Positions 20,840 to 32,500 of a DNA stretch of 64,000 nt are shown here, piece after piece; the stretch's first letter is position 1, and the number at the start of each line of letters is the position of its first letter. The DNA lies in NCBI GenBank assembly GCA_946965045.2, contig OX337231.1, positions 3,286,001 to 3,350,000 on the forward strand. Reading direction: 5' to 3'. The stretch is from Epithemia pelagica (lineage: Eukaryota > Protista > Bacillariophyta). The position numbers and the translations under genes were made by a program. The notes under the pieces were generated by a model, which saw nothing but the letters and a program-made list of their open reading frames with translations, was not told the DNA's origin and ran no database searches.

Positions 20840-21772
20840 ATGAGTCGTCGGTCGTCTACTAGCCGAATGTACCTGTTCTTGGACAATCCAAGCAAAGCCA
20901 CCAATTTGGGTCCAGTTCTACGGTGTGCGTCAGCCTTTGCCATTGATACCGTGGTAGCAGTGGGATGTTCCAAATGTTCGGTCGAGGGATCGCATGGAGC
21001 CTCGCGGCATGTCAACCTTGTCGCATTTCCCACTTTTGACCAAGCGGCAGCTCATCTTCGTGACACAACTAATGATAATGATGATGAGAATGATACTCAA
21101 GTAGGTGATCCGGGTTGTCACTGCACCCAAATTGTGGGACTGTTGGGTGGCGTTCCCGATGGATATGAACCGCGTCCTGTCCATGTGGACCCCACAGTTT
21201 ATAATGACCCGTCCATGGAACCGTTGGTTGTTCCGGAATCCAATCGACACGTCCAAGATAGTGGAGACCCAGCTGTTTGGCGCACTTCCTATCCCATTTC
21301 GTATCCAAATCTCTTTGCGGAAGGAACACAGGGGGGCAATCTGGCGATTGCCATTAGTAAACATGCGTGTGGGTTGCCATACTCCTTGGCGAAACATTGT
21401 GATTGGTTTGTTCATGTTCCCCATGTTGCCATTCCAGCCAGCGATTCCACCACCCGTTCCATGGCAAGATTTCCTCACCTACTGGATTTGCCATCCACCT
21501 TGTCCATCACCTTGCATCACTTGGCAATCCACCTGCAATATTCCGAAGGTCAATATGAGGGACAAAAGTTTCACGTGCACAAAACCAAACATCAACAGTA
21601 TTCGCTAGACAATGATTCGACCGAGAAAGAGCAACAAGAAGCGATTCGTCAACAACGACTTGTCCAAAAGCAAAAAGGACGAGAAGCGGCCGACACTGCC
21701 ATGGATCACGGATCTCTCGGTTTCATCATGGCGGCAACCATGGACGACCTCGGAGACTCGGGAGACTACTAA
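20840..21772 (+). CDS. SpoU/TrmH-like (SPOUT) RNA methyltransferase
   Basis: 'LFLDNPSKATNLGPVLRCASAF', 'GSHGASRHV' and 'GLPYSLAKHCDWFVHVPH' are SpoU motifs 1-3, with insertions. Confidence 0.75.
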   Translation: MSRRSSTSRMYLFLDNPSKATNLGPVLRCASAFAIDTVVAVGCSKCSVEGSHGASRHVNLVAFPTFDQAAAHLRDTTNDNDDENDTQVGDPGCHCTQIVGLLGGVPDGYEPRPVHVDPTVYNDPSMEPLVVPESNRHVQDSGDPAVWRTSYPISYPNLFAEGTQGGNLAIAISKHACGLPYSLAKHCDWFVHVPHVAIPASDSTTRSMARFPHLLDLPSTLSITLHHLAIHLQYSEGQYEGQKFHVHKTKHQQYSLDNDSTEKEQQEAIRQQRLVQKQKGREAADTAMDHGSLGFIMAATMDDLGDSGDY

Positions 21773-22208
21773 GCACAGCTCGCTTGTGCATGTGTCTATG
21801 TATGAGAGAGGTCAAAGCGTTTGCCAACAATCTGCTGTCGAGAATCTACGAGTCAAAGTAAAAACGTCAGAATTTCTCCAATTGTGGACCGCACAAAATC
21901 CAATGCTGTGTTGTCACCTGGACGGAGTGTCATGTATGTCTATGCACTGTAGGTCATCAAAAGGAAACAGGAAACTACAGTTTGTTGGTCAGAAAAGTCA
22001 ACAATCCTAGGACACGCAGATTTTTCGGCAGATCAGGGGACCACAGCTCTGCCGTGCGTGGCTATCTTGCTGGAACGAAAGCGACGGCATCTATAAAAAC
22101 GTTTTACTCTAAATGTCGCTGTCGTGATCCTGCGCCGAAAGTCCCAACTTCCAACACTTGAGTTTATTTGCAGTGCCAGTACTCAAAAAGTCAGATTGCA
22201 GAACCTTC

Positions 22209-23381
22209 TCATGTCGTTTTCATTTCCATATCCACCGGTAATCTTGCCACCAACTTTTGACAAAACTCTTGTAGGGCTTGACTGGCACTGCAATTTTGTT
22301 TGACTTTGACAAATGGTTGGCCCTGTTCACAAGCATGTAGGAGGTCTGGATCCAATGGCAAACGCCCCCAAAAGGGTACTTGGTACGATTGTGCCATGGC
22401 CACCGCGCCTGCCACCGTACCGTTTCCATTCACACCACTGCTCGAGAGTGGTGACGAAAAGAGTTCTGATGTCACACCACATTGCAACACGTCGGGACAT
22501 TTTTCCTTTATTGCAGCAAGCACTTGTTGCGTACAATCTTGACCGGTTGTAGGGTCGGTAAATTTCAATTGATCCAACTGCGTTTGCAAATGTCCCATAT
22601 TTTCCACAATCCCCAAGACAGGAACTTTGGTCTTTTGACAAAAGTTGAGTTCTTTGCGGACATCGGCCAAACTCACTTCCTCCGGTGTCGTCACCACCAC
22701 GGCACCGGCCACCGCATTGGCCTTTTGCAAGAATTGGACCGTCGAAATGTGTTCGTCGCTCGTGCCGGGTGGTGTATCCACAATCAAGTAGTCCAATCCA
22801 TCCGTTTCACCAGTCCAATCGACTTGGGTGAGAAATTGTTCAATCAGGGAATTCTTTCGGGGACCTCTCCACACGACGGCTTGATTGGTGTCTTGCAACA
22901 TGAAGGAAATGGACATGACGGCTACATTGCTATTGGAACTGTATACGGGTGTCCATGCTCCACTTCCAGATTTGTGAATGGTTTGGCCCACATATTCGTC
23001 GCCCAAAACCATGCGAGGAGCCGAGGGTCCACACAAATCCACATCCAACAAACCTACGGCATAGCCTTGCCCGGCCAAGGTATGACACAATTGCGCTGCA
23101 ACCGTGGATTTTCCCACACCTCCCTTGCCCGACAAGACCAATACCACGTGACTGACATTGTGAAGACAGGATAGAATGGCCTGCGCTTCCGCCTCGGCCT
23201 TGGCCACGGCTTGGGGAGAATTGAAGGCCCCCGAACTACAGACCGCTTGGTTGGGACAACCTTCACACGAGGACGCCTTGCCGGCCGATTCGGCCGTGGG
23301 ACCGACACATTCCGCGTTGGCGTTGGCAGGAATGTTGCCTTCTTGACCACTGCTTGTGGCACTGGACTCGACAGATGTCAT
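22209..23381 (-). CDS. NBP35: Cytosolic Fe-S cluster assembly factor Nbp35/NUBP1
   Basis: N-terminal C-x13-C-x2-C-x5-C motif, deviant Walker A 'SGKGGVGKST', 'VWRGPRK', 'DYLIVDTPPGTSDEH' and 'GIVENM'. Confidence 0.95.
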   Translation of the reverse strand: MTSVESSATSSGQEGNIPANANAECVGPTAESAGKASSCEGCPNQAVCSSGAFNSPQAVAKAEAEAQAILSCLHNVSHVVLVLSGKGGVGKSTVAAQLCHTLAGQGYAVGLLDVDLCGPSAPRMVLGDEYVGQTIHKSGSGAWTPVYSSNSNVAVMSISFMLQDTNQAVVWRGPRKNSLIEQFLTQVDWTGETDGLDYLIVDTPPGTSDEHISTVQFLQKANAVAGAVVVTTPEEVSLADVRKELNFCQKTKVPVLGIVENMGHLQTQLDQLKFTDPTTGQDCTQQVLAAIKEKCPDVLQCGVTSELFSSPLSSSGVNGNGTVAGAVAMAQSYQVPFWGRLPLDPDLLHACEQGQPFVKVKQNCSASQALQEFCQKLVARLPVDMEMKTT

Positions 23382-23516
23382 TGTTCGTGCTTTTGTTTTG
23401 GACTCGATCGTGATGATGTGTAAGGTTCATGAGAATGAGAGAACATTTTCGAAGCCTCATTTTCCTTCAAAACATTGCTTCTTGTTCTCCAAAAATGGCC
23501 CAGAAACGGCAAGGAA

Positions 23517-23588
23517 GTCCGCTTGGTCTAGTGGTATGATACTTCTTTAGGGTGGAAGTGGTCCCGGGTTCGATTCCCGGAGCGGACC
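23517..23588 (+). tRNA. tRNA-Pro (anticodon AGG)
   Basis: Acceptor stem GTCCGCT/AGCGGAC, A-box TGGTCTAGTGG, anticodon arm CTTCT-TT-AGG-GT-GGAAG, T arm CCGGG-TTCGATT-CCCGG. A T-rich tract follows. Confidence 0.95.
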
Positions 23589-23991
23589 CTTTCTTTTGGC
23601 TATCTGTTAATGCGAAAGGCTTCTATTTTGCTCTGGTTGGCATAGAACTATTGTATGCCAGTAGCAAGAAAGAATACAGGGCATGGGGAATGGGGGACCG
23701 AGACCACCATGAGGGCTGGAAGAGGGTTCGCACAAAATTCTAGGAAGGACCACCATGTCAGTGCGAATGTCAGATTTTCCAAAAGAGGAAGCGAACATGA
23801 AGTGATAATAGGATTATACAATGTTAGCTTGTAGTCAAGTTTTCTTCAAGCAAGCTTTAATCCTTCCCCACTGCCCGCCGATGACCATTGTGTACAAGTC
23901 ACCTTTTCTCCCATGTTTGGATGCGTGGATTCAGTGGAGTCGTTTCGTGGGAGTGTGCTGCCCCAGTTCAGTAGAATCGACTTTGGTGGTT

Positions 23992-25911
23992 TCATGATGG
24001 TCGTTGTCCAGGTTTTTGATTTGTTTTCGGACGTGTCGCCGCGGCATGTTTCCAATGGTTGACGATTTGCGCCATTGCAGGTTGAATCGTAGTACGGGTA
24101 ATCTCGTTCGCGGTCCACGTCTTCCATTCGCGTCGTTGTTGCAACAATGTGTGGGCATGCGATCCCAACATTCTATCCGTCGCCGTTGTATTGGAAAGCA
24201 GTAATTCGTTTCCTGGAACACCGGCTTGCAACAAGGAATATTCCGAATGTGCCTTCTTGTTTTTGTGGTTCTTGTTGCTCTTGGAGTGAGTAGCGACGGT
24301 GTGTCTCCATTCGGCATTGGGGTAATGCTTCACCCGTTCCATTGACGAAAATGATTGAAAGTGCGTCTTCAGACCTAACAAGGTACTAAATTCGTCGACA
24401 CACGTATTGCGCAATTGCTTGTGGGTTCCACCCTCGTCCGTCTTGTTCTTTTCGGCCGTATTGAGAGAAATGGCTTGATCCGTGGGCAATTTGACAAGAG
24501 TTGACACCGCCCATCCATCAGCCAGCAAGGGCAATTGACCCTTTGTCAAGTGGGAAATCCAAAAGGAGAGGGCGACATCTTCACAATTCAAATGTTGGGC
24601 CACAAAGTGTCGCATGGACGCAGGCATGTCGTTGGAATACGAATGTAAATAATCGGAGTGACAAAAGGCAAAGCGTGTCAATGTCAAGGCATAGTCATTC
24701 CATTTTTGCGCTTGCGACAAGGCACCATAAGACCAGACCAGTTTGGACGGATTTTTGTCGTTGGCGGTGAAGCTTTCACCATGACTGGCCATAGCAGTGT
24801 GATCATCCTCCTTGTCCTTGTTCTCTAAACCACGCGTTCCAATCCGTCGAGCATCGTATCCGACGAGTCGACTCGGATTGAGTGTCCACAGGGCGAATCC
24901 AGCATTCATGGCGGCACAGGGTCGTGCGACATCGTCATCGTGATTCAAAATACCAACCGTCGGAGGTTGCAATCGAATATCAAAACGAGCGTTCAACGAG
25001 GAATCGTCATCATGGTATTCCACCACAATGCGGGGCCATGAATTGGACCATGTTTCATCGTGATAGTCTCGTGGTGGAATGGATTGAATCCAATCCTGGA
25101 GCCAGGTGGGAACGGGTCCTTGCGCCGAACACCACACGACTTGCACTTGTGCCACGGCCGGGCAGGTAATCAAGTGAGACAGCACCAAGTACAATTGTTG
25201 CGGTCGCTTCCACGTATTGACCCGGACGGTATATTGTTCATAATCCAACGGATAGCGCAAGGACGACAACAAGGAAGGCGGCGACTTTGTTGTAGTGGGA
25301 CCAAACTCTATAGCCGTGTGCCCATCTGTTTTCTTGTTTTGGATAGAGTCGTGATTGGAGTGGACTTTCTGCTGACGTTGATGTGACTGCTGGTGACCAC
25401 GAATGTTTGGGTTTTTCTGGTTGTAGTTGTTGGTTTCCGAGACCAAAGAGTGTGGAGGATGGACACTGCCTTGTTGTTTGGTCTGTTCATGGCGTGTGAC
25501 ACGATGGACCGAGGTCATTGGCGTGGAATGTGAGGGCACTTCAAGAACAAGGATTACACACAGAACCATTCCTTGCACCAATAGTAGGACGCTGACAAGG
25601 ACCACACCCAACCGTTCTCGGTAACAGGAAAGGACTGTGATGGCACGCTTCTTGTGGCGTCTGCTGCTAGTATGATTCCGTGGTTGGACCACCACGCCAT
25701 TCTCCTTGGTATGTTTCACTGTTCTACCTTTCCATTCACGGCGTCGTCGTCTGGTGGAAAAATCACTTCCATCGGCAACCGTGACACAGGTCCTGATGCT
25801 CGTTGTTGTCGTCTTCGAATCGTCATTGTCGTCGCGATGATGTTGAAACGAGGAAGAAAGACGTTCCATTTTGTCGTCGTCGTCTTGATCTTTGCAGTGC
25901 GCGTTGGACAT
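23992..25911 (-). CDS. Glycosyltransferase family 64 (EXTL-like), type II membrane protein
   Basis: One TM segment, then 'YTVRVNTWKR', 'SLNARF', DxD motif 'NHDDDV', 'NPSRLVGYDAR' and 'HLNCEDVALSF'. Start codon uncertain (25911 or a downstream ATG). Confidence 0.87.
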   Translation of the reverse strand: MSNAHCKDQDDDDKMERLSSSFQHHRDDNDDSKTTTTSIRTCVTVADGSDFSTRRRRREWKGRTVKHTKENGVVVQPRNHTSSRRHKKRAITVLSCYRERLGVVLVSVLLLVQGMVLCVILVLEVPSHSTPMTSVHRVTRHEQTKQQGSVHPPHSLVSETNNYNQKNPNIRGHQQSHQRQQKVHSNHDSIQNKKTDGHTAIEFGPTTTKSPPSLLSSLRYPLDYEQYTVRVNTWKRPQQLYLVLSHLITCPAVAQVQVVWCSAQGPVPTWLQDWIQSIPPRDYHDETWSNSWPRIVVEYHDDDSSLNARFDIRLQPPTVGILNHDDDVARPCAAMNAGFALWTLNPSRLVGYDARRIGTRGLENKDKEDDHTAMASHGESFTANDKNPSKLVWSYGALSQAQKWNDYALTLTRFAFCHSDYLHSYSNDMPASMRHFVAQHLNCEDVALSFWISHLTKGQLPLLADGWAVSTLVKLPTDQAISLNTAEKNKTDEGGTHKQLRNTCVDEFSTLLGLKTHFQSFSSMERVKHYPNAEWRHTVATHSKSNKNHKNKKAHSEYSLLQAGVPGNELLLSNTTATDRMLGSHAHTLLQQRREWKTWTANEITRTTIQPAMAQIVNHWKHAAATRPKTNQKPGQRPS

Positions 25912-26209
25912 GTTGGTCTTTGCGGTTGGTCCTCTCACTCACTGAATTTTTGTGTGCTTGATTCGATTGTCATATGCTGCAATCTGTGGTGAAAGTTGAG
26001 TTTTTGGGAATGACAAAACCCCAACTTGGGTGTGAACCAAACTTGTGTTTTGTTTTGGAACCCAACGACCAACGCAAGAAGAGAGGTGCGTTGTGTTGGA
26101 GAGCAGCAGCTGCAGCGGTTTGGTTCGTTGTTGTCTTGACGAGCGGGTTTTCTCTTGCTGGAATCGCCATGGCGGGGTGCTTCATGACGTTTGGAAACAA
26201 TCAAAACTA

Positions 26210-26779
26210 CTCCCTCCTGAAAGAAAATACTTCACGATTTTACCAAAAAAGCGATATTTTCACGAGCGAACGTCCTTTTTCCATAAAAATTTTTTTGTTA
26301 GAAAGCCCTACTTATTAGCTCTATATTGGTGTATTATTTATATGTTCGATTCTTGCTTTGGAACGAGATACGATTGTTCAAAAGGCGTGATTTTGAGCAT
26401 CGGTCTTCAGAGCCCACCGGTTGACACTTCTATGGCGGCTCCAAACACGTCCTCTTCAGGGCGGCCCCTCGAGGCATCAAAGAGTAGGAATGTGCGTGCA
26501 ACTGACAAGATTCGTGCCATTTCCATGCTGAATTCCAGGGTCAACGACGGCACCTTTGGCCATGGTTCTGCTCACTCGTCGCACACAAAAGTTGTACTTT
26601 TCCTATAATAGTGTAGACTCGCGCATGTCAACCAATATGTTCCCCCATATTATTCTAAAATTTTTATACTCCGAATGAGCCGGCCGTCCTTCTGTAGAGT
26701 TGTACCAGATCCTACGTAATCTTTTTATGCGACTAAAATAACCAAAAAAAAACGTGAAGTATTTTCTTTCAGGAGGGAG
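26210..26779. mobile_element. Stowaway-like (Tc1/mariner-derived) MITE, 570 bp
   Basis: TA(26208-26209)|CTCCCTCCTGAAAGAAAATACTTCACG ... CGTGAAGTATTTTCTTTCAGGAGGGAG|TA(26780-26781). This is a perfect 27-bp TIR with the classic CTCCCTCC terminus. Confidence 0.92.
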
Positions 26780-26788
26780 TATTTTTAC

Positions 26789-26870
26789 ATCTGTTTCGTT
26801 TTTTTCACTTTTGACCCTGAGGGCAGGTAGCTCCAGTCGTGCAAGGTAGGTAGTTGCACTCTCAGCTGAA
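26789..26870 (+). repeat. Imperfect ~80-bp direct repeat, copy 1 (copy 2 at 29319-29396)
   Basis: Exact 19-nt core AGGTAGCTCCAGTCGTGCA at 26825-26843 and 29357-29375. Similarity extends on both sides (…CACTTTT… and GTAGTTGCACTC…TGAA). Confidence 0.75.
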
Positions 26871-27129
26871 ACGGTTTGTAGGAGTACCCCCTAGCGGAAT
26901 GGTAAGTCCTGCTCGTGAATGGGTAAGGGTGCAAATTCACCCTGAATCACGATCAACCTGGACTCATTATACCGCTAGGGAGTAAAAAGGTTTGGGATTT
27001 TGATGATAAGGGCAAGCTCGTCTGTTGCATCATTTTACAATTGCTGCATCGCCATCAATACACCGTACCGCACAGTCAGCGTCCAATCCCTCCTTTAATC
27101 GCCGAGCCTGCTCGTGACACTCTTCGAAT

Positions 27130-29122
27130 TTGCCTTTCGAAGAAAATGGACAGGTCTTCCTTGAGCGTCTCTCTGAAAGGATTTTGATTGAAACCATGGA
27201 GGACGACGAAGCAATCAAAGAAAAATTGAAAGCTCTCTTGGAGAATAAAAGTTTGGCTCGTACGATCGACAATCGGTTGAGATTTATACCGGACTATATA
27301 CAAACCGATGACCTGCAACGTCTCGCGGATTCTACGGCCGAGGCATTAGAAACCGCCCAGCGCGGAGGTGAAGACACGAGCCTTTCCTTCTGTGACTTAA
27401 AAATCGAAGAAGGTAATGATTTCATTGGCGTTTACGGAGAGTTCAAAGGTCTTTACATTCGTGACGGTTACGATGAGCTCTACAAAGCTATTTGCACTCA
27501 GTGGCGTATTCCGACACAAAAGTCAGTCATACTCCTAGGAAATGCCGGAACGGGGAAAAGCTGGTTCCAGATGTACGTGCTTCGGCGTCTTCTCCGAAGA
27601 ACAAGAGAATATCCCGATCATCGAGATGAATACGACTTTGTGTTCCGTGAGGTAAACGATGAGATGTTTCTCATCGACATCAAGGCGAAGGTGGTCTACA
27701 GAGTTGTCGAATGCGATATCCCGCTCTTGGGAAAATTGAGCCGCTGCTTGTACTTCTTTGAACCAGGCAGTAACGTCGAGAAGAGTCCTTCAGCTGTACG
27801 ATTGCCAAGTCTATCATCGCTGTCCCCCAACAAAAAGCGGATCAAAGAATACAAGAAAGGCCCCACAGTTCAGTTCTATTTCTGGCCTTGGTCATTGACG
27901 GAGTTGATGGCCTTGTGTGAACACACAGGGTGCTTCAGTCCATCCAAGATCCCTGAAGGGGACAAAGAAATGGACGAGAATAGCCAAAAATGATGAAATG
28001 GACGAGAATAGCCAAAGTCATGAAATTGACCAGCAGGAGGAAAAAAATGAATCGGATGAGCAGAGCCAAGATAGTGAGTCGGACGAGCAGCACCCGTATC
28101 TTGCAATGGATGATGGGGAGAGTAGCAACCCGTACTTTGATAAGCTATTTGACCGCTACAAATTGTTTGGTGGAATCTTGCGCAATGTTATGGCTAACGA
28201 GGAAAAGTTAAAAGTGACCAAAAAAGACCTCGAAGACCGATTACTGGGCCTTGACATGGATGTTTTGCAAAGTAAGGCCGCAAATATTGACCGAGATCCC
28301 ACTGGATGGGATTTGAGTGGCTATATTTTGTGCTATGATGGTAAAGACACCGCCATGAATATTCGAAGGGCTGGAAGGGGAATAGGCTTCAATGAGTGCG
28401 TTCTGAACTATACAAGTATGTTCGTTGAAGAGCAGGTGCAGCGCCTCCTGGAGAGGACACCGCTAGTGAAAAAGATGAAGGTCGTCAACGATAAATTGGA
28501 CGACCGTGTTGTGGATCTATCTGGCAAAAACCTAGAAGCTGTAGCGACAGAATTTCTTCGGACTGGGCAGGTGGAGTGGCTTACCAAAAGAGCTGGAACT
28601 GATGATGACTGGGTTCCGTTCATACCCCTGGAACGGGAAGTGATTCGCGAATATGACATCTCTGGCCTACTGACCTGTCCAAACGCGATCTTGGTTCCCA
28701 CGGACCCCTCTTTCCCTGTTGCGGACATTGTCGTATCCAGTTGGGGTCAGGATTCTGTATATACCTTCCAATGTACTTGGCAGGAAAGGCATCCGTTTAC
28801 GGTTCGAGCGCTATACGAATTACGAAACGAAAAACTGAAGGTAGAACACACAAAAAGAGTTGTGATCTTCTTCGTGGTACCGCAATTAGAAGACTTGTAT
28901 GCTAAGCGCAAAGAAGACGCCTTCTTACAAGGTTCACTCGACGTGCCACTGTTATACAACAAGAGGGTCGAAGTTCCGCCGACAGATCTGCGCCAGATGT
29001 GGTCGAACACCAAAGTCTACGTACTTCGCCCGAGTAGTTCATGGCAAGAGATGATTAGTACTTGGTTGACAAATTGGTCCAAAGAAGAGCAAGTGAAATC
29101 TTCTCAAGGGCTTCAGCTGTAG
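27130..29122 (+). pseudogene. Crinkler/RHS-type P-loop NTPase + restriction-endonuclease-like gene with a +1 frameshift (pseudogene or sequence error)
   Basis: 'GLYIRDGYDELY', Walker A 'VILLGNAGTGKSWF..YVLRRLL', 'FYFWPWSLTEL', 'RYKLFGGILR' and C-terminal 'PSFPVADIVV...TFQCTWQERHP'. The two ORFs join if one A is removed from the A5 run at 27986-27990. First in-frame ATG is 27196; the true start is uncertain. Confidence 0.75.
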
Positions 29123-29318
29123 CTTTCTATGTTTCATGCGAAAGGGTAGAACGCCCGTAAAGCAAGAAAACATTTTAAAGATATAATCACTGTGTATAAC
29201 CTCAATTCATCATATCAGGGGTTTAGAACTTCCCTATGGGGTCCAGTTAGTCCAGTTGCCTTGCAGCGGTGGCAACATTTATGGTCCTGAACAGAGGTAC
29301 CAGTTTTTCTAGGAGTGG

Positions 29319-29396
29319 ATCTGTTTTTCCTTTTCCACTTTTAACACCCAGAGGATAGGTAGCTCCAGTCGTGCACGGTAGTTGCACTCAGTTGAA
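29319..29396 (+). repeat. Imperfect ~80-bp direct repeat, copy 2
   Basis: Matches 26789-26870 (see copy 1). Confidence 0.75.
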
Positions 29397-29578
29397 GCAC
29401 GGACAGAGCCAAGCAACACGCGGTGATAATTTGATCCGTGTGTTCTCTCCAATGGCGTTTCTGCGTTTTGGAGTGAGTGACCAAGCACAACAAAACAACT
29501 CTGCTTTCAATTCCAGCAAACATTTGAAAGGACGCAGAAGTGCTCTGCGAATGATTGCATTGACTCCTGGTAGATCTC

Positions 29579-32500
29579 ATGAGGTCAAAGGCTTTTCCAA
29601 ACAGCAGTTGTGAGGGCAATGGTCTCCCAATAACAAGCGACAGGAACTGGAAGGAAGAAGAATGCAACGATATACAAGAAATCCTCGACAAACATGAGCT
29701 TCGTCGTTCGAAAATTTCCTCGGATCTTTCACTAGCCAAAGAAAAGACAGGGGATGGAAAGCATGACATCAACAGCAACAGTTCTTCCTCCAAACATTCC
29801 AGTCGCCATCGTGTTCTGCAGACACTCCTTGTTTTGGGCATGACACTTTTGCATCAACAAAAAGCAACGTCAGCTGTTGTTGCCGCAGCGGCAGCTTCTG
29901 AACATCCATCCTCAGCCACGACAGAATTGCTGCACGATGCAAGAGGAACCATCCAAGTCGAAACAACTGATCATGAGAAGGAGGAGGATGACGATTTCTT
30001 TGTGACAACACATGACGATATGGAAGATGAGGATTTCTCGTCGTCCTTTTCCACTGATGATTCCTTTGACACGGACGATGTAGATGAAAGTACTCCCTCT
30101 CCTTCGAATATTGTAATTGTATCCACAGCCGATGGACACTTGATGGGCTTGTCAAAAGCCACTGGAGAACTCGTGTGGACTCAAAAAAAGGGATCGCCCA
30201 ATGATTCGGTCAAAGGCGAATCCAATTTTCACACGTCGTCTTCCAAAACAGCATCATCCAATCCGCAGTCGACCACCCTGTCGGAGTCCTCATCCTTAGC
30301 TCTCCTCGAACCCTTGGTGACAACCACCACCACTGCTCAATCCTTCTCCACTCGTGATTGGAGGACCGCCGCTGTGCCCTCCTTGGACGGCAAGACAGTC
30401 TACTTAACCGCCCATGTTTCCGAACCCAATCATCGAGATAGATCGAGTAATGAGGATACGTCGAGGGGCTCGTCGTCATCGTCTTCCTCGTTGCCCGAAG
30501 TCACAGTCACAACGTCCATTCCTGACTTGGTGGATCGGGCACCTTTCGTGGACAATCGAGGACGGATCTACAATGGTGCACGAACTTCCATTGCCGTCGC
30601 AGTTGATGGCAAAACCGGGGAAATTCTGAAGGTAGTCTCCACCAATGGAGAACTTGGATCCTCTCTGAGGAATGAGTCCTTGTTTGATGGCAAGGAATTT
30701 GAGGAAGATGAATCGGACGAACAATCCAGTGGCGGTAAGAAAAAGAAGCGCCGTCGCAACGTGGTTTGGATGGGACGTGTCGATCATACCATTTCCATTC
30801 ACGAGCCTCGATCGGGTGACTTGGATGTCCAGTTCTCTGCGGGGGAAATCAAATCGGTTCGTGACATGATACTGGGTCAAACGGTACCCGAAGTACAACC
30901 TCCGTGGGAAGACGCATCGTCCGACGCGGCGGCGCATTTGTTCTTGTCGACGGGTGATTCTCTCAGTGCGACGAGGCAGGATACAACGTCGGATCCCACC
31001 TCTTTGTGGAACGCCGTCACAACCACACCGTCATCGCGAGATATGGAAACCTGCTTGGTGGCTACTCCCAATGGGAATTTGGCATTTCGCAATCCCACCA
31101 CGGGAGAATTTGATTGGGTTTCACCTGTGCGGTTTGACGCACCAGTGGCATTTGCGTTAGATGCCGATTCTGGTGTCAGCTTACCCATTGATATTGTCCC
31201 CGATGCATCCTTAGCCTCGAACGATTACAGTGATTATTTGACGCGAGAAATTCATCGACAATACACCAATCTACTAGCTGATACCAGTTCTTCCTCAACT
31301 GGGAACCACCACCGTATTAACGTGGCCAAACCAGATCCCTTGGTCGGGACGCTTCCTCGTAATGGCCAATTGTTTGCCATGCCGCTTGGGAGGAATAGTT
31401 TGCGATTTCAGGCTCGCCGACAGGCCCTCCTCTCTTCGAGCAGTTCATCGACGGCCTCGGCGCTACATTCCAAGCCCCCCGCCACCACGTCGCCTCTGGA
31501 TACGGCTCTTGCGCTTGTGAATGGACGACACACAGCCAGCTATGAACTACCCTCTTGGTCGTCCGGTGCGAGTGGAAGGCCATGTCAAGCTGGCATGGCA
31601 AACTTTCCCTCATGTCTAGTGGCATCCAATCAGGACTCACTGAATAACTTTTTGGGGGAATCTGACAAAACGAAAACGACCACTGATTTGGTACCGTTTG
31701 CGAGTCATGACTCGTGGAGTCATCACTTCAACACAGTTGTAGATCCACCTCCTACTCCGGTTCATGCAAAGCCTCCTCCGCGTAAAAAGTATCAACAAAT
31801 ACTACGCATCCTCGGTTCGTGGCTTCCACCGACTCTGGCAATGATATTTGTCGTATCGTTTGAACTTGGTCGTCGAAAACGTCAAAAAGATCAGAATCAA
31901 AGGAAAGACTCGACTGGTCCGAAATCGGATAGCGCCAATCCATCGGGTGTCATTCAAGTCAATCAAAATGTAATTCTCGGGTATGGTGGTCATGGGACGG
32001 TGGTGTACGAAGGGTCCTTGGAGGGCCGTAAAGTGGCTGTGAAGCGCATGCTTCAAACGTATCACGCCAGTGCCGACCGCGAAATATCACTGTTGATTGA
32101 AAGTGATGGACACCCCAATGTTGTGCGATACTTTTTGAAAGAGGTTCGAGGAGATTTTGTCTACCTGGCACTGGAACTTTGCGATTTGTCGCTCCATGAA
32201 CTGATTGGTCACATGAGCGCTGCATTTGACCTGATGCAAAAGGAAAATTGGTTTGAAAAAGGCAACATGGCCATCCCCAATGCCGTTCGCAGTGTCTTGT
32301 TGCAGATTGCGAGTGGTGTGAAGCATTTGCATCGACTCCGAATTGTGCACCGAGATCTCAAGCCAGCCAATATCTTGTTAGCGGATTCTCGAAAATCCAG
32401 GCGCAAATCCGACATGCAAGAATCTATCTTTGAAATATTCAGTCAAGGTGACTATGTGGCCAAGATATCCGACATGGGCCTTGGCAAACAGATTGTGGGC

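Noticed and set aside
26045-26608. 187-aa ORF
   Set aside because: It runs across the Stowaway-like MITE boundary, has no recognisable motifs, and overlaps the GT64 promoter.
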